From Bdellovibrionales bacterium (GTDB lineage Bacteria; Bdellovibrionota; Bdellovibrionia; Bdellovibrionales; JAUICD01), in NCBI GenBank assembly GCA_965262715.1, contig OZ253553.1, positions 528,830 through 592,829 of the forward strand: a stretch of 64,000 nt of DNA. Reading direction: 5' to 3'. Position 1 is the stretch's first letter; each line of letters opens with the position of its first letter. The notes under the pieces are model-generated. The model worked only from the letters and a program-made list of their open reading frames with translations, had not been told where the DNA came from and searched no databases. This document shows, piece by piece, positions 18,981 through 27,550 of this stretch. A program made the position numbers and the translations under genes.

Positions 18981-19307
18981 TATGGCTATTACATAGCTAC
19001 TTTATTGTTTATATCTTTATCTATTGTTATTGCTGAACTTTATGATAGAACTTTAAAAGAGCATGATCATCAAACAATTGTTATTGATGAAGTAGCAGGT
19101 TATCTAGTTGCCTTTGCAGCACTGCCGTTTCAGGTGTTTTGGGTAGTGCTTGCGTTTTTGCTTTTTAGGTTTTTTGATGTTCTTAAGCCATTTCCTATCA
19201 ATCGTCTTGATCGTATGAAAGGTGGTTTAGGGATTGTTTTAGATGACCTAGGCGCTGGACTTATTACAAATGTTATTTTACAAATTTTATTTTGGCAGAT
19301 AGGTTAA
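18858..19307 (+). CDS. pgpA: phosphatidylglycerophosphatase A
   Basis: KAPGTFGTLLGIPL, VIDEVAG, FRFFDVLKPFPI and GGLGIVLDDLGAG motifs; 149 aa. Confidence 0.85.
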   Translation: MYAVIKFLATGCYIGLIPKAPGTFGTLLGIPLSYLFLLLGEYGYYIATLLFISLSIVIAELYDRTLKEHDHQTIVIDEVAGYLVAFAALPFQVFWVVLAFLLFRFFDVLKPFPINRLDRMKGGLGIVLDDLGAGLITNVILQILFWQIG

Positions 19308-19309
19308 AG

Positions 19310-19783
19310 ATGATAGAAATAGAAGTTTTTAATCTCTTAAAAAAAAATAAATGGACTGTAAGCTTTGCTGAAAGCTGTACAGGTGGGATGCTATCATCTC
19401 ACTTTACATCTGTTCCAGGTGTATCAAGTGTCTTTAAGGGAGCTATTGTCAGTTATTCTAATGAAATAAAAATCAAGCATCTACATGTGGAATCCAGCCT
19501 CTTAAAATCAAAAGGGCCATTCAATCAGGAAACAGCCCTTCAAATGGCCAAAGGCGTACGGCTTCAGATGGATACAGATTGGTCTTTGGCCACAACAGGG
19601 ATAGCAAGTGCTATACCTGGTCATGAAAAAGACACTGGTAAAGTGTATTTTGCTGTTGTAGGACTAGAAAACTTTCAGACAATGGTTTGTGAAACTTTTT
19701 CTGGTGACAGAGATGATATCCGACATCAAGCGGTGTTGAAGGCCTTACTTCTTTTTAAGGAGAGCTTGATAAAGTTGATATAG
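19310..19783 (+). CDS. CinA C-terminal domain / nicotinamide-nucleotide amidohydrolase family protein
   Basis: ESCTGGMLSSHFTSVPGVS, VSYSNEIK and ATTGIAS motifs. ATG 19310 is preferred over the TTG at 19292, which overlaps the pgpA stop. Confidence 0.8.
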   Translation: MIEIEVFNLLKKNKWTVSFAESCTGGMLSSHFTSVPGVSSVFKGAIVSYSNEIKIKHLHVESSLLKSKGPFNQETALQMAKGVRLQMDTDWSLATTGIASAIPGHEKDTGKVYFAVVGLENFQTMVCETFSGDRDDIRHQAVLKALLLFKESLIKLI

Positions 19784-19793
19784 GATATTTATT

Positions 19794-19819
19794 GAACATT
19801 AAATAATGTGTTCTTTTTT
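19794..19819 (+). terminator. weak candidate terminator after cinA
   Basis: gaacat-taaataa-tgtgttc hairpin (5-6 bp, AT-rich) followed by tttttt. Confidence 0.3.
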
Positions 19820-19893
19820 CTGGGAACTGGCAGTCTGGCAAACCGGCAGCAGGTCCCGGGAACTGCCTGCCAGATTGCCGGAATCCCAGATTG
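19820..19893. repeat. GC-rich palindromic intergenic repeat (CCGGGA/CTGGCA family)
   Basis: ctgggaactggcagtctggcaaaccggcagcaggtcccgggaactgcctgccagattgccggaatcccag; GC-rich island in AT-rich intergenic DNA. Confidence 0.75.
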
Positions 19894-19988
19894 CTAAGTT
19901 TTGGAATAAAGAAGGCTTAAGTAGTTATAAGCTATAAAATATGCTTATACATAAGTCATTTTATTTTTTAAAATAAGAGGAATTTTAA

Positions 19989-20016
19989 TTGACATAAGAT
20001 GGAGATTGGCTATAAG
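19989..20016 (+). promoter_or_regulatory. candidate sigma70-type promoter upstream of recA
   Basis: TTGACA (19989-19994), a 16-nt spacer, then TATAAG (20011-20016); about 110-nt leader. Confidence 0.4.
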
Positions 20017-20129
20017 TATTAGCGTGTTTTGAGAGCTTCTTTAAATAAAATGGGTTTATGTCACTTTCTATTGCTTAAGGTCACAGTGTAGGGTTGAGAT
20101 GAGCTCATAACAAGGTAAGGAGATAAGTT

Positions 20130-21230
20130 ATGCAAAAAGTTAATAATACAGCAAGTCAAACAAGTCAGGAGAAGAGAAAGGCATTGGACCTTGCTATTGC
20201 TTCTATTGAAAAGCAATTTGGTAAAGGTTCAATTATGAAATTAGGAGGTGGTAAGAGCCTTTATGAGAATATCCCTGTTATTCCCACAGGCTCATTATCA
20301 CTTGATATTGCTCTTGGAATAGGTGGTATCCCAAGAGGTCGAATTGTAGAAATTTATGGACCTGAAAGCTCAGGTAAGACAACTCTAGCTTTATCGATGA
20401 TTGCAGAGGCTCAACAGCTGGGAGGTACAGCTGCTTTTGTGGATGCGGAGCATGCGCTTGATATAACTTATGCTAAAAAATTGGGTGTTCAAACATCTGA
20501 TATACTCATTTCCCAGCCAGATACAGGAGAACAGGGGTTAGATATTACAGAGACACTTGTGAGGTCTGGAGCGATTGATGTTTTGGTGGTTGATTCTGTA
20601 GCTGCGCTCACTCCAAAGGCAGAGATTGAAGGTGATATGGGTGATCACCACATGGGACTTCAAGCAAGATTAATGTCACAGGCACTTAGAAAGCTGACAG
20701 CTGTGATCAGTAGATCTCATACAACTGTTATTTTCATCAATCAAATACGAATGAAGATTGGTATGGTTTTTGGCAATCCAGAGACCACAACTGGAGGTAA
20801 TGCTCTTAAGTTTTACTCTTCTGTGCGGTTAGATGTGCGTAGAATAGGAGCTATCAAAAATGGTGATGAGGCCACTGGTAATCGAACATCTGTGAAGATT
20901 GTTAAAAATAAACTTGCTCCTCCATTTGCTCGCGTAGAATTTGATCTTATGTATGGTATAGGTATTTCAAAAGAGGGAGAGGTGGTAGACATGGCGGCTA
21001 ACAAGGATATTATTGAAAAATCTGGAGCTTGGTACAGCTACAAAAAAGAGAGGATTGGTCAAGGTCGGGAAAATGCTAAAAAATATTTAAAAGAACATCC
21101 TAATGTAATGAATGAGATATGCCAGAAGCTTTTTGAACTTCAAGGTATTACAAGGTCGTTTAGAACGACGACGGCTGAGAAAAAAGAGATGAATGGAAAA
21201 GCTTCTACAAAACAAGTTCAAGCCCATTAG
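20130..21230 (+). CDS. recA: recombinase RecA
   Basis: [50 protein letters not shown] and [29 protein letters not shown]-type core; AAGGAG SD. Confidence 0.97.
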   Translation: MQKVNNTASQTSQEKRKALDLAIASIEKQFGKGSIMKLGGGKSLYENIPVIPTGSLSLDIALGIGGIPRGRIVEIYGPESSGKTTLALSMIAEAQQLGGTAAFVDAEHALDITYAKKLGVQTSDILISQPDTGEQGLDITETLVRSGAIDVLVVDSVAALTPKAEIEGDMGDHHMGLQARLMSQALRKLTAVISRSHTTVIFINQIRMKIGMVFGNPETTTGGNALKFYSSVRLDVRRIGAIKNGDEATGNRTSVKIVKNKLAPPFARVEFDLMYGIGISKEGEVVDMAANKDIIEKSGAWYSYKKERIGQGRENAKKYLKEHPNVMNEICQKLFELQGITRSFRTTTAEKKEMNGKASTKQVQAH

Positions 21231-21318
21231 CTTTTACTTAAGATTGATTTTAGTAGAAATATTTTTCCTTAACGCTAATAAAAAATGAAAAGATATTACT
21301 TTCTAACAATACCTCAAG

Positions 21319-21419
21319 CTTTCTAAGCAGCAAGCTACTCTCCGATGGTGTTATAACCATCGGGCTTGCTGCCAGAAGGTGGCCGGAGGCTTGCCTCGAG
21401 AGGCTTGCCTCAAGAGGCC
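21319..21419. repeat. hairpin-repeat family member (third stem variant) plus gaggcttgcctc tandem motif
   Basis: ctttctaagcagcaagc ... gcttgctgccagaagg long stem with nested ccgatggt/accatcgg, followed by ggcttgcctcgagaggcttgcctcaagaggcc. Confidence 0.7.
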
Positions 21420-21446
21420 AGATGTTGGCTGTGCTGGTAGTCTGAC

Positions 21447-21545
21447 TTTGCTCGATTGCCAGATTAAAATAAAGACTTAATCAAATGTAGCTTGTAATTT
21501 CAATATCTTATATCGAAACAGCAACGGCCTGTAGCCATGAACCAA
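21447..21545. repeat. short dispersed intergenic repeat (copy of 4445-4560)
   Basis: ttgccagattaaaataaagacttaatcaaatgtagcttgtaatttcaatatc. Confidence 0.6.
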
Positions 21546-21655
21546 TCTCTTACTTAAATCCATCTCATAACTTCTAGTTTAAGGTAGGCTTGCCACAACT
21601 AGATTAGAGGCTTTCCACATACATACAAATATTTGTGCAATAAGGTCATTTGAAT

Positions 21656-22387
21656 TTAGTGTTTTGTTGGAGGGTCTTCATTAACAATCAATCGGAATTT
21701 TCTTGATTTATTTTCTTGGAGAGGTCTTCTTCTTTTTAATCTTTGATATTTTGTCCACACTACAAGAAAAATCCAACCAGAAGCGATACCTCCTAGGTGC
21801 GCTAGGTAAGAAATCCTAGAGTCTATCCCTTCTTGAAGCATACTTACAAATTGAATAGTGCCTAAAATAATCACTATCCACTTTACTTTCATAGGAAAGA
21901 AGAACATAAACAGAACTATTCTATCGCCAAATAAAATAGCAAAAGCTAACATGAGTCCGTAAATAGCTCCAGAGGCACCTATTAAAACAGCATGATTTAT
22001 AGGACCAATAAATATGCTATATAGAGCATTAAAGGCAAGAAAGATCAGTCCAGCACCAGTTCCACAAGCCAAATAGTAGGTTAGGAAGAAGCGAGATCCC
22101 CAACGAAATTCTAACTCTGCGCCTAACCACCACAAAAGAAGCATATTGAAGAAAATGTGGAAGGCACTTTGAGAATGTAGAAACATATAAGTTATGGGTT
22201 CCCAGATAAAAAAGGAATTAAAAAAATGATTGACAGAAAGACCTAAGACCGAAGTGAAGAAGGGAGTTCGTAGAATAAGGTTATCTATAATCACTTGAAG
22301 AAAAAGCCATATGACCACATTAACAATCACTAACTTTTTAACTACACCAGAAAAAGGGATATGTAGATGATTTGTTCTATAATACAT
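21656..22387 (-). CDS. rhomboid family intramembrane serine protease
   Basis: Polytopic membrane protein with GASGAIYGL (GxSG) and AHLGG motifs. Confidence 0.8.
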   Translation of the reverse strand: MYYRTNHLHIPFSGVVKKLVIVNVVIWLFLQVIIDNLILRTPFFTSVLGLSVNHFFNSFFIWEPITYMFLHSQSAFHIFFNMLLLWWLGAELEFRWGSRFFLTYYLACGTGAGLIFLAFNALYSIFIGPINHAVLIGASGAIYGLMLAFAILFGDRIVLFMFFFPMKVKWIVIILGTIQFVSMLQEGIDSRISYLAHLGGIASGWIFLVVWTKYQRLKRRRPLQENKSRKFRLIVNEDPPTKH

Positions 22388-22388
22388 T

Positions 22389-22862
22389 TTAGTTATCTTC
22401 TTTTAATTTTTCACTAAATTCTATAAGAACGCCATTTGCTGCACTTGGATGTACAAAAGCTATTTTACAATTTTTAGCTCCCAACTGTGGAGTTGTATTT
22501 ATTAGCTTAATACCATCTGCTTGCATTTTCTTTAAGGTTTCTTCTAAGTCTTTCACACGTAAACAAATATGGTGCAGGCCAGGCCCTCGCTTTTCTAAAA
22601 ACTTATGAATTACGCTTGTAGAATCTATAGGTTCTAAAAGTTCAATATCCACCTGGTTGTTTAAAGCAAAACAAGCCACCTTTACTTTTTCTGAGTGGAT
22701 AGTCTCGAAGGAAGGCTTTAATCCTAGAGCCTCATAAAAAGAGAGAGCTTGTTGAATAGATCTAACGGCAATACCAATATGGTCCACTTCTATAGAGTTG
22801 GTGTTAAGAGTTTTTTTTAAATTATTATTTTCTAAATTGGATTGGGTTTCAGATGATCGCAA
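22389..22862 (-). CDS. methylmalonyl-CoA epimerase / VOC (glyoxalase) family protein
   Basis: VDHIGIAVRS, IELLEP, GPGLHHICLRV and GVLIEF motifs; TTG start. Confidence 0.7.
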   Translation of the reverse strand: MRSSETQSNLENNNLKKTLNTNSIEVDHIGIAVRSIQQALSFYEALGLKPSFETIHSEKVKVACFALNNQVDIELLEPIDSTSVIHKFLEKRGPGLHHICLRVKDLEETLKKMQADGIKLINTTPQLGAKNCKIAFVHPSAANGVLIEFSEKLKEDN

Positions 22863-23041
22863 TGGTTATTTTCCTTTATCTTTTTATTTCATTCCTCATA
22901 TCTCTATCAGCGTTGGTTTGGTTTTTATCTATGACAGAGAGGTTTAGAAAAGATTTATTAGAACTCACCTCAAAATTACTTTTAATGTCCACGTTTTCAA
23001 AACAACCTCTTAATTTAAGTACCGTATAAAAGAACTGTTTC

Positions 23042-23200
23042 ACTCAAAATGGACCCTTCCGGCTTTCCGTAGAGCCACTATCATGGCTCTCGTCAAGTCT
23101 GTTCATTTTGAGTAAGAAGCCATCTTTAGTTATATTATGTTTTGTATTTTGCAATTTCGTATTATTTACTGTTATCATGTATTTTTGAGATGGCTTCTAA
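23042..23200. repeat. hairpin-repeat family module with ACTCAAAATG termini plus gccatctcaaaaat segment
   Basis: actcaaaatggac ... gttcattttgagt inverted termini enclosing a gagccactatcatggctc hairpin, then tgtatttttgagatggcttc (also at 1470, 29517 and 49790). Confidence 0.7.
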
Positions 23201-23205
23201 AAAGT

Positions 23206-23385
23206 TTATTTAATTTCTTTATGGAGTGTGTGTTTTTTTAGAAATGGGTTGTATTTTTTCTTTTCCAATCGTTCAGGATGGGTCTGTGTGTTCTTTTTAG
23301 TTGTGTAACGAGATGGAGAGGCACCTAGTTTCCTAGCTTCTGTACATTCTAAAGTAATAATTTTAACTTTTCCTTTTTTGGCCAT
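23206..23385 (-). CDS. rpmG: 50S ribosomal protein L33 (Cys-poor form)
   Basis: Not in the ORF track (59 aa). Manual translation: [59 protein letters not shown]. It has the L33 core YTT.KN....PE.LE.KKY.P....H.L.KE.K. Confidence 0.85.
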   Translation of the reverse strand: MAKKGKVKIITLECTEARKLGASPSRYTTKKNTQTHPERLEKKKYNPFLKKHTLHKEIK

Positions 23386-23557
23386 TATTAAGTCCTTTCA
23401 TTTGATTTTTTTATTATGACTAAACCTGTCTTTCATCCATAAAAGATATCTCATTTTTTACTGCTAAAGTCCACTTTTATAATAAAGGGTCATAAAAAGT
23501 ATCATTCTAATAGCTGATATATAAAGAGTTCAAAGTATTTGGACGATGTAGATCATT

Positions 23558-25129
23558 ATGAGTCACTTTTCAAAATACAGTCTCTTTATGATACCTTTTT
23601 TTATTGTTTTCATTACAGGTTGTCAACAAGGACAAATAGACCCTGAATATCCGTTTAACGATCTAAAGATGACGACTAATTATATTCATATTAATTTAGA
23701 TCGAGAATCATCAGAATCTTGTTTAACAGACTCTAGTATGGATGCTTGTATTTTTTGGAAGAACCCTGTAGAGCAAAACCAAGGTCCTCTCTCTGACCAC
23801 TTAGATATAACAGATGTGTTGCAAAGTTTACAAACTTATGGTGTTGATATCAATGATAGCTTAGTTTCAAGTACAAGCTCATATACAGGCCAATTTCAAC
23901 AGCCTTTCAGAGGAGAAGAGTACAATCAAGAGTCTAATTTTCAAGATGATAACTCTATCATAGAGCTTGAAGAGATTCCAGTCTCAGGTCAAAATTCTAT
24001 TATCATAGGATTGCAAGCTCATGGAATTTCAATATTGACAGGTTCTTCCCAATTTCCAACAAGGCAGAGGAATTTTGTTGATAACAGTTCACGCAGACTT
24101 TATAGAAATGTTCTTCAATCAAATGAAAGTGGGGTTTTTCTTCAAAATCACAGTTACGATGTAAGTATAGATTATAAAGGAGTTGAAAGAGTAACTCGTC
24201 GAGATGATGGTAGTTGGAGATTCGAATATGGAGATTCTGATCATTCTATTGTTCAGGTGATGACATATTATTATTTGATGCATCAGGCAGATTGGATGCA
24301 GGAAAATGCAGGAGGATGGTATGCTCTTAATAAAAATATTAATGTGATAGCACTAGATGAAGATGTTAAAAACAATGCTCATTGGAATCCTCTAGAAAAC
24401 ACAATTAGTTTAGGATTTATTTGCGACTCTAATTTACCATTTCAAATATTAAGGGATGTGACCTGTGACTTTAAAATGGAAATAGGACTGAGTGCTGAAA
24501 TCACACTTCATGAGGCAGGTCATGCTAACTTTTACCACTCCAAAGCAAATAATCAGGTCATTACATCTGAAGAATTTTGCAGGTCACATACAAATTGTGA
24601 AGGAACATCTATATGTCAAGATACAGATGAAAGTAAAAAGTCCGTATGTTGTAATGATGCAAGAGGTTGCTATTTTGCTATTGATGAAGGGCTAGCTGAT
24701 TTTCAATCGTCAGTTATTTTTTCAGAATCTCCTCAAATAGGAGAGGCTATCGTAAATGATATTGATGGATTGAAGTGTCCATCAGACTTGAGTATTCATA
24801 GAAATCCAGAGGTTAATATTGATAAGACGGCTGATCAGATATTTTATCAATGCGATCAAGAAGCGTCTGGTAAAGCTCACAATATGGGAATGTTGTATTC
24901 CAGTATATGGTGGTCTCTTTATACAGACTCATCAGTTAACCAACAAGAAATTATGAATCTCTTTACAAACCATCTTCCACTTATCACTTCAGATGATAAC
25001 TTTGAGACAGTTGGTCATAGACTCTTAAATCTTGATCAGTTGTTTTATACAGGCAAATATTCGAATATAATAACAAGTGAATTTCAAAAAAGAGGATTGA
25101 CTCCTCAAGCTGTTGTAGAGAACCTTTAA
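23558..25129 (+). CDS. lipoprotein, putative zinc metalloprotease (gluzincin-like)
   Basis: Lipobox FITGC. HEXXH motif is LHEAGH. A candidate third ligand sits in AIDEGLADF after a Cys-rich insert (CRSHTNCEGTSICQDTDESKKSVCCNDARGC). Confidence 0.65.
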   Translation: MSHFSKYSLFMIPFFIVFITGCQQGQIDPEYPFNDLKMTTNYIHINLDRESSESCLTDSSMDACIFWKNPVEQNQGPLSDHLDITDVLQSLQTYGVDINDSLVSSTSSYTGQFQQPFRGEEYNQESNFQDDNSIIELEEIPVSGQNSIIIGLQAHGISILTGSSQFPTRQRNFVDNSSRRLYRNVLQSNESGVFLQNHSYDVSIDYKGVERVTRRDDGSWRFEYGDSDHSIVQVMTYYYLMHQADWMQENAGGWYALNKNINVIALDEDVKNNAHWNPLENTISLGFICDSNLPFQILRDVTCDFKMEIGLSAEITLHEAGHANFYHSKANNQVITSEEFCRSHTNCEGTSICQDTDESKKSVCCNDARGCYFAIDEGLADFQSSVIFSESPQIGEAIVNDIDGLKCPSDLSIHRNPEVNIDKTADQIFYQCDQEASGKAHNMGMLYSSIWWSLYTDSSVNQQEIMNLFTNHLPLITSDDNFETVGHRLLNLDQLFYTGKYSNIITSEFQKRGLTPQAVVENL

Positions 25130-25168
25130 ATTAAAGTAGGCCGTATTGCGGTGCTAAACCAGACGCAA

Positions 25169-25211
25169 ATTTTGTTGCATGCCTCCATAAATTAAGCATT
25201 AAAATCAATAT
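25169..25211. repeat. left arm of a perfect 43-bp inverted repeat
   Basis: attttgttgcatgcctccataaattaagcattaaaatcaatat is the exact reverse complement of 25905-25947. Confidence 0.95.
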
Positions 25212-25342
25212 TTTTTGTTCTAACTCTCTTTTTTTATTTATATTTGTAGTCTTAGTTAAAGATTTTGACATAATATTTTGAATATGTTCAAATGGCCAAT
25301 ATTTTCCAGAGAAATTTGACTCAAATGTGAAGGAGAGGATGT

Positions 25343-25924
25343 ATGAAATATTCTTTAAAAAAACAAATAAGCTTATTTTTTATAGTATTTATTGGAGGAA
25401 GCCAGCTTTTTGCGCAAGATGATGTGTCGAATGATATTTCAGAACTTATATCACAGACTATAAGTGCTAGTTATACTATTAGCCCCTCTTTTCCTCATTT
25501 AAGAGTAGTTCTTTCAGACCTATTAAGAAGTATAGATAGAGATGTTGAAGAGAGACCAGTGAAGTTTGATCAGATATTTATGGTACTTACTCCTCTTACA
25601 AGAGCAGTTCTCTTAGATCTTATGGATGAAGATGTTTTTAAAGAGAGACCAATGAATTTCCATCAGATATTTATGCTGCTTGGGAGTTTATGTCCAATAT
25701 ATTCATTTCCAGTAGAGTTATTTGAAATATTTGAGCCAATTCTTCAAGAATCAAGTCAATTTGAAGAAATTGTTATAAACATTGAGTTTGGTGGAAATGG
25801 ATCTGAAAGAGAGTCTTTTGTTTTGTCACAGGAAGAAGTACATTTTCTAAGGGAGATAATAAGATGTTCTGAAGAAGAAGCGGAAATAGAAGAAAGAAAT
25901 GATTATATTGATTTTAATGCTTAA
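25343..25924 (+). CDS. secreted hypothetical protein
   Basis: GGAG SD and signal-like N-terminus. Internal repeat ERPVKFDQIFMVL / ERPMNFHQIFMLL. The last 20 nt lie inside the right inverted-repeat arm. Confidence 0.6.
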   Translation: MKYSLKKQISLFFIVFIGGSQLFAQDDVSNDISELISQTISASYTISPSFPHLRVVLSDLLRSIDRDVEERPVKFDQIFMVLTPLTRAVLLDLMDEDVFKERPMNFHQIFMLLGSLCPIYSFPVELFEIFEPILQESSQFEEIVINIEFGGNGSERESFVLSQEEVHFLREIIRCSEEEAEIEERNDYIDFNA

Positions 25925-25947
25925 TTTATGGAGGCATGCAACAAAAT
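25905..25947. repeat. right arm of a perfect 43-bp inverted repeat
   Basis: atattgattttaatgcttaatttatggaggcatgcaacaaaat. Confidence 0.95.
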
Positions 25948-26137
25948 GGGTAATACCAGAGGAGTAGGATGATAGCCTGCTGATTGATGTTGATAAGAGA
26001 GGAAATCAGAGTTTATAGGACTAAAAAATTTAGAAACAAGAAAGAGAAAAAATCAGCTGTTATAATACACCCTTGCTTTTCAAGTAGTTTATTTCTGTAA
26101 TGGTTGGAATTTATTTCTACAGTTTGATCCTTATCTT

Positions 26138-26245
26138 TATCCTTGAAAAAGGATATTCTATATTATTTCACTACTTAGTAAAAACTCAAAAGAAGCTTAT
26201 TTTGAAGGTGTTCATAAGAGGTATAATATTTTATTAAAGAAATAA
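26138..26245 (+). pseudogene. deletion remnant of a second hipBA locus (one operator plus the last ~25 hipA codons)
   Basis: tatccttgaaaaaggata (26138-26155) matches the hipB operators. 26170-26245 (...aaaagaagcttattttgaaggtgttcataagaggtataatattttattaaagaaataa) matches hipA 29250-29310. Confidence 0.75.
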
Positions 26246-26276
26246 AAAATATCAATTATTATTTATACAAAGTTAT

Positions 26277-26415
26277 TTTCCGGGAATCTGGCAACCCGGC
26301 AGTCCGGAAAACAGTATCCGGAATCTGGCATCGGTGATTTTGTTAATTTTTTTTTGTTAAAATTTAAGTTACCTGATGCTGTCTCCGGCTTGCCTGATTG
26401 CTGGATCCCGGAAAA
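26277..26415. repeat. GC-rich palindromic intergenic repeat with TTTTCCGGGA / TCCCGGAAAA termini
   Basis: ttttccgggaatctggcaacccggcagtccggaaaacagtatccggaatctggca...ctccggcttgcctgattgctggatcccggaaaa. Confidence 0.75.
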
Positions 26416-26593
26416 ATTAATATTCTATCAGTTAGAATATATATAAACTTTATTATTATGTCATATTCTGAGACAGTTTGTTTATCGATGGATAAAAAAT
26501 TTTGAGTTTTGATATAAGATGATTTTAAAAAAAGTAGCAATGTTAGATAAAATAGGTGATATAATTATAAAGTAGGGTTAAAGAGGTGAAGCA

Positions 26594-27136
26594 ATGGTAA
26601 GGCTTATTTTAAATCAAAAAGGAATATCTATGATAGAGATCCTTATTGTGGTGGTGATTGTTGGCCTTTTGGCCACTATGGGTATCCCAGGTTATCAACA
26701 GTTAAAAAGGAATAGTTACCAGCAATCAGGTATGGCCCAGCTAGCCGCTTACCACCGTGCTGCAAAGATCATGATAGGGGAATTTGCCTACAACCCTGGT
26801 AATTTTGTAGCTATAGGTTTTAAACTTGAAGGAGATTATTATTATAGGATAAAGGCTGCAGATGGTGAAGATCCACCTGATTATTACCCTAATCAAGGGA
26901 GTTGTGAATCTACAGAAGTTCCTACGCTACCAGGAGGTTGTTCTCAGTTTTGTGAAGGTTCACCATTAGAGTGTCCTTGGCGTGAACTATTAAGTTCCTA
27001 TAAGGATGCATCACCGCTTCCAAGCCCAACAATTTCTGTAGATGGTATGAGGTTCAAAGCATATGCCTATTCTAATGATGAAGAGAATTATCTTTGTACA
27101 GATGAAGCTGGGGTTTATGCTGGTGATTGTCCATAA
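26594..27136 (+). CDS. type IV pilin-like protein (prepilin N-terminal domain)
   Basis: Leader MVRLILNQKG followed by ISMIEILIVVVIVGLLATMGIPGY. This gives Gly at -1, Glu at +5 and a hydrophobic N-terminal helix. GAGGTG SD. Confidence 0.75.
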   Translation: MVRLILNQKGISMIEILIVVVIVGLLATMGIPGYQQLKRNSYQQSGMAQLAAYHRAAKIMIGEFAYNPGNFVAIGFKLEGDYYYRIKAADGEDPPDYYPNQGSCESTEVPTLPGGCSQFCEGSPLECPWRELLSSYKDASPLPSPTISVDGMRFKAYAYSNDEENYLCTDEAGVYAGDCP

Positions 27137-27154
27137 TTATCTTCTTTAAGTCAT

Positions 27155-27236
27155 TTTTCTCCCGGAATCTGGCAATCCAGCAGTCGGGCAATTAGTTCCC
27201 GGAAACCGGTTTCCCGGAAGCCAGATCCCTGGTAAA
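27155..27236. repeat. GC-rich palindromic intergenic repeat
   Basis: tctcccggaatctggcaatccagcagtcgggcaattagttcccggaaaccggtttcccggaagccagatccctgg; near-identical core to 33933-34018. Confidence 0.8.
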
Positions 27237-27325
27237 TGGGGAATTCTAGGGGCTGGTTACCTTTCGAAGTTTTATTTAAACAGCTTATGTTGAATAAAAT
27301 AGACATGAAGTTTAATGATAGAGGT

Positions 27326-27479
27326 AGAAGCATGGAGCTTCTCTTTTTCACTAACTGGCAGGCGTCCTCCGTGCCATGTATACTGTGACTTTTGATTTTA
27401 TATAGAATAAAAATCTCTCTAAAAGTGTGTCTCATAAGGCATTGGACAAGAGCTAGTTCACAAGAGAAGCTGTATGCTT
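27326..27479. repeat. ~150-bp long-hairpin element with conserved AT-rich apex (family of 3 in the window)
   Basis: Outer arms aagcatggagcttctc / gagaagctgtatgctt, inner arms ccgtgccat / aaggcattgg, apex gattttatatagaataaaaa. Confidence 0.7.
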
Positions 27480-27550
27480 TTAATTTCAAGAACTTATCGC
27501 AAAAGTAAACAGCCCCTTAGTTATAAACTAAATGTTACTTTGCTTGTTTT

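Noticed and set aside
19820-19893. Sigma-54 promoters suggested by the many TGGCA words in the GC-rich repeats
   Set aside because: None of the copies I checked has the required GG-N10-GC spacing (TGGCAC-N5-TTGC). The words occur on both strands inside palindromes and after stop codons as often as before genes.
19800-20129. LexA/SOS box upstream of recA
   Set aside because: I found no CTGT-N8-ACAG-type sequence or other convincing palindrome between the candidate promoter and the start codon. This cannot be excluded for a lineage-specific box without a motif search.
27151-27489. 112-aa minus-strand ORF
   Set aside because: It runs through the GC-rich palindromic repeat and the long-hairpin element. 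Its GSGFRETGFRELIARL segment is reproduced by ORF 33890-34108 only because both cross the same repeat. It has no SD or start context.
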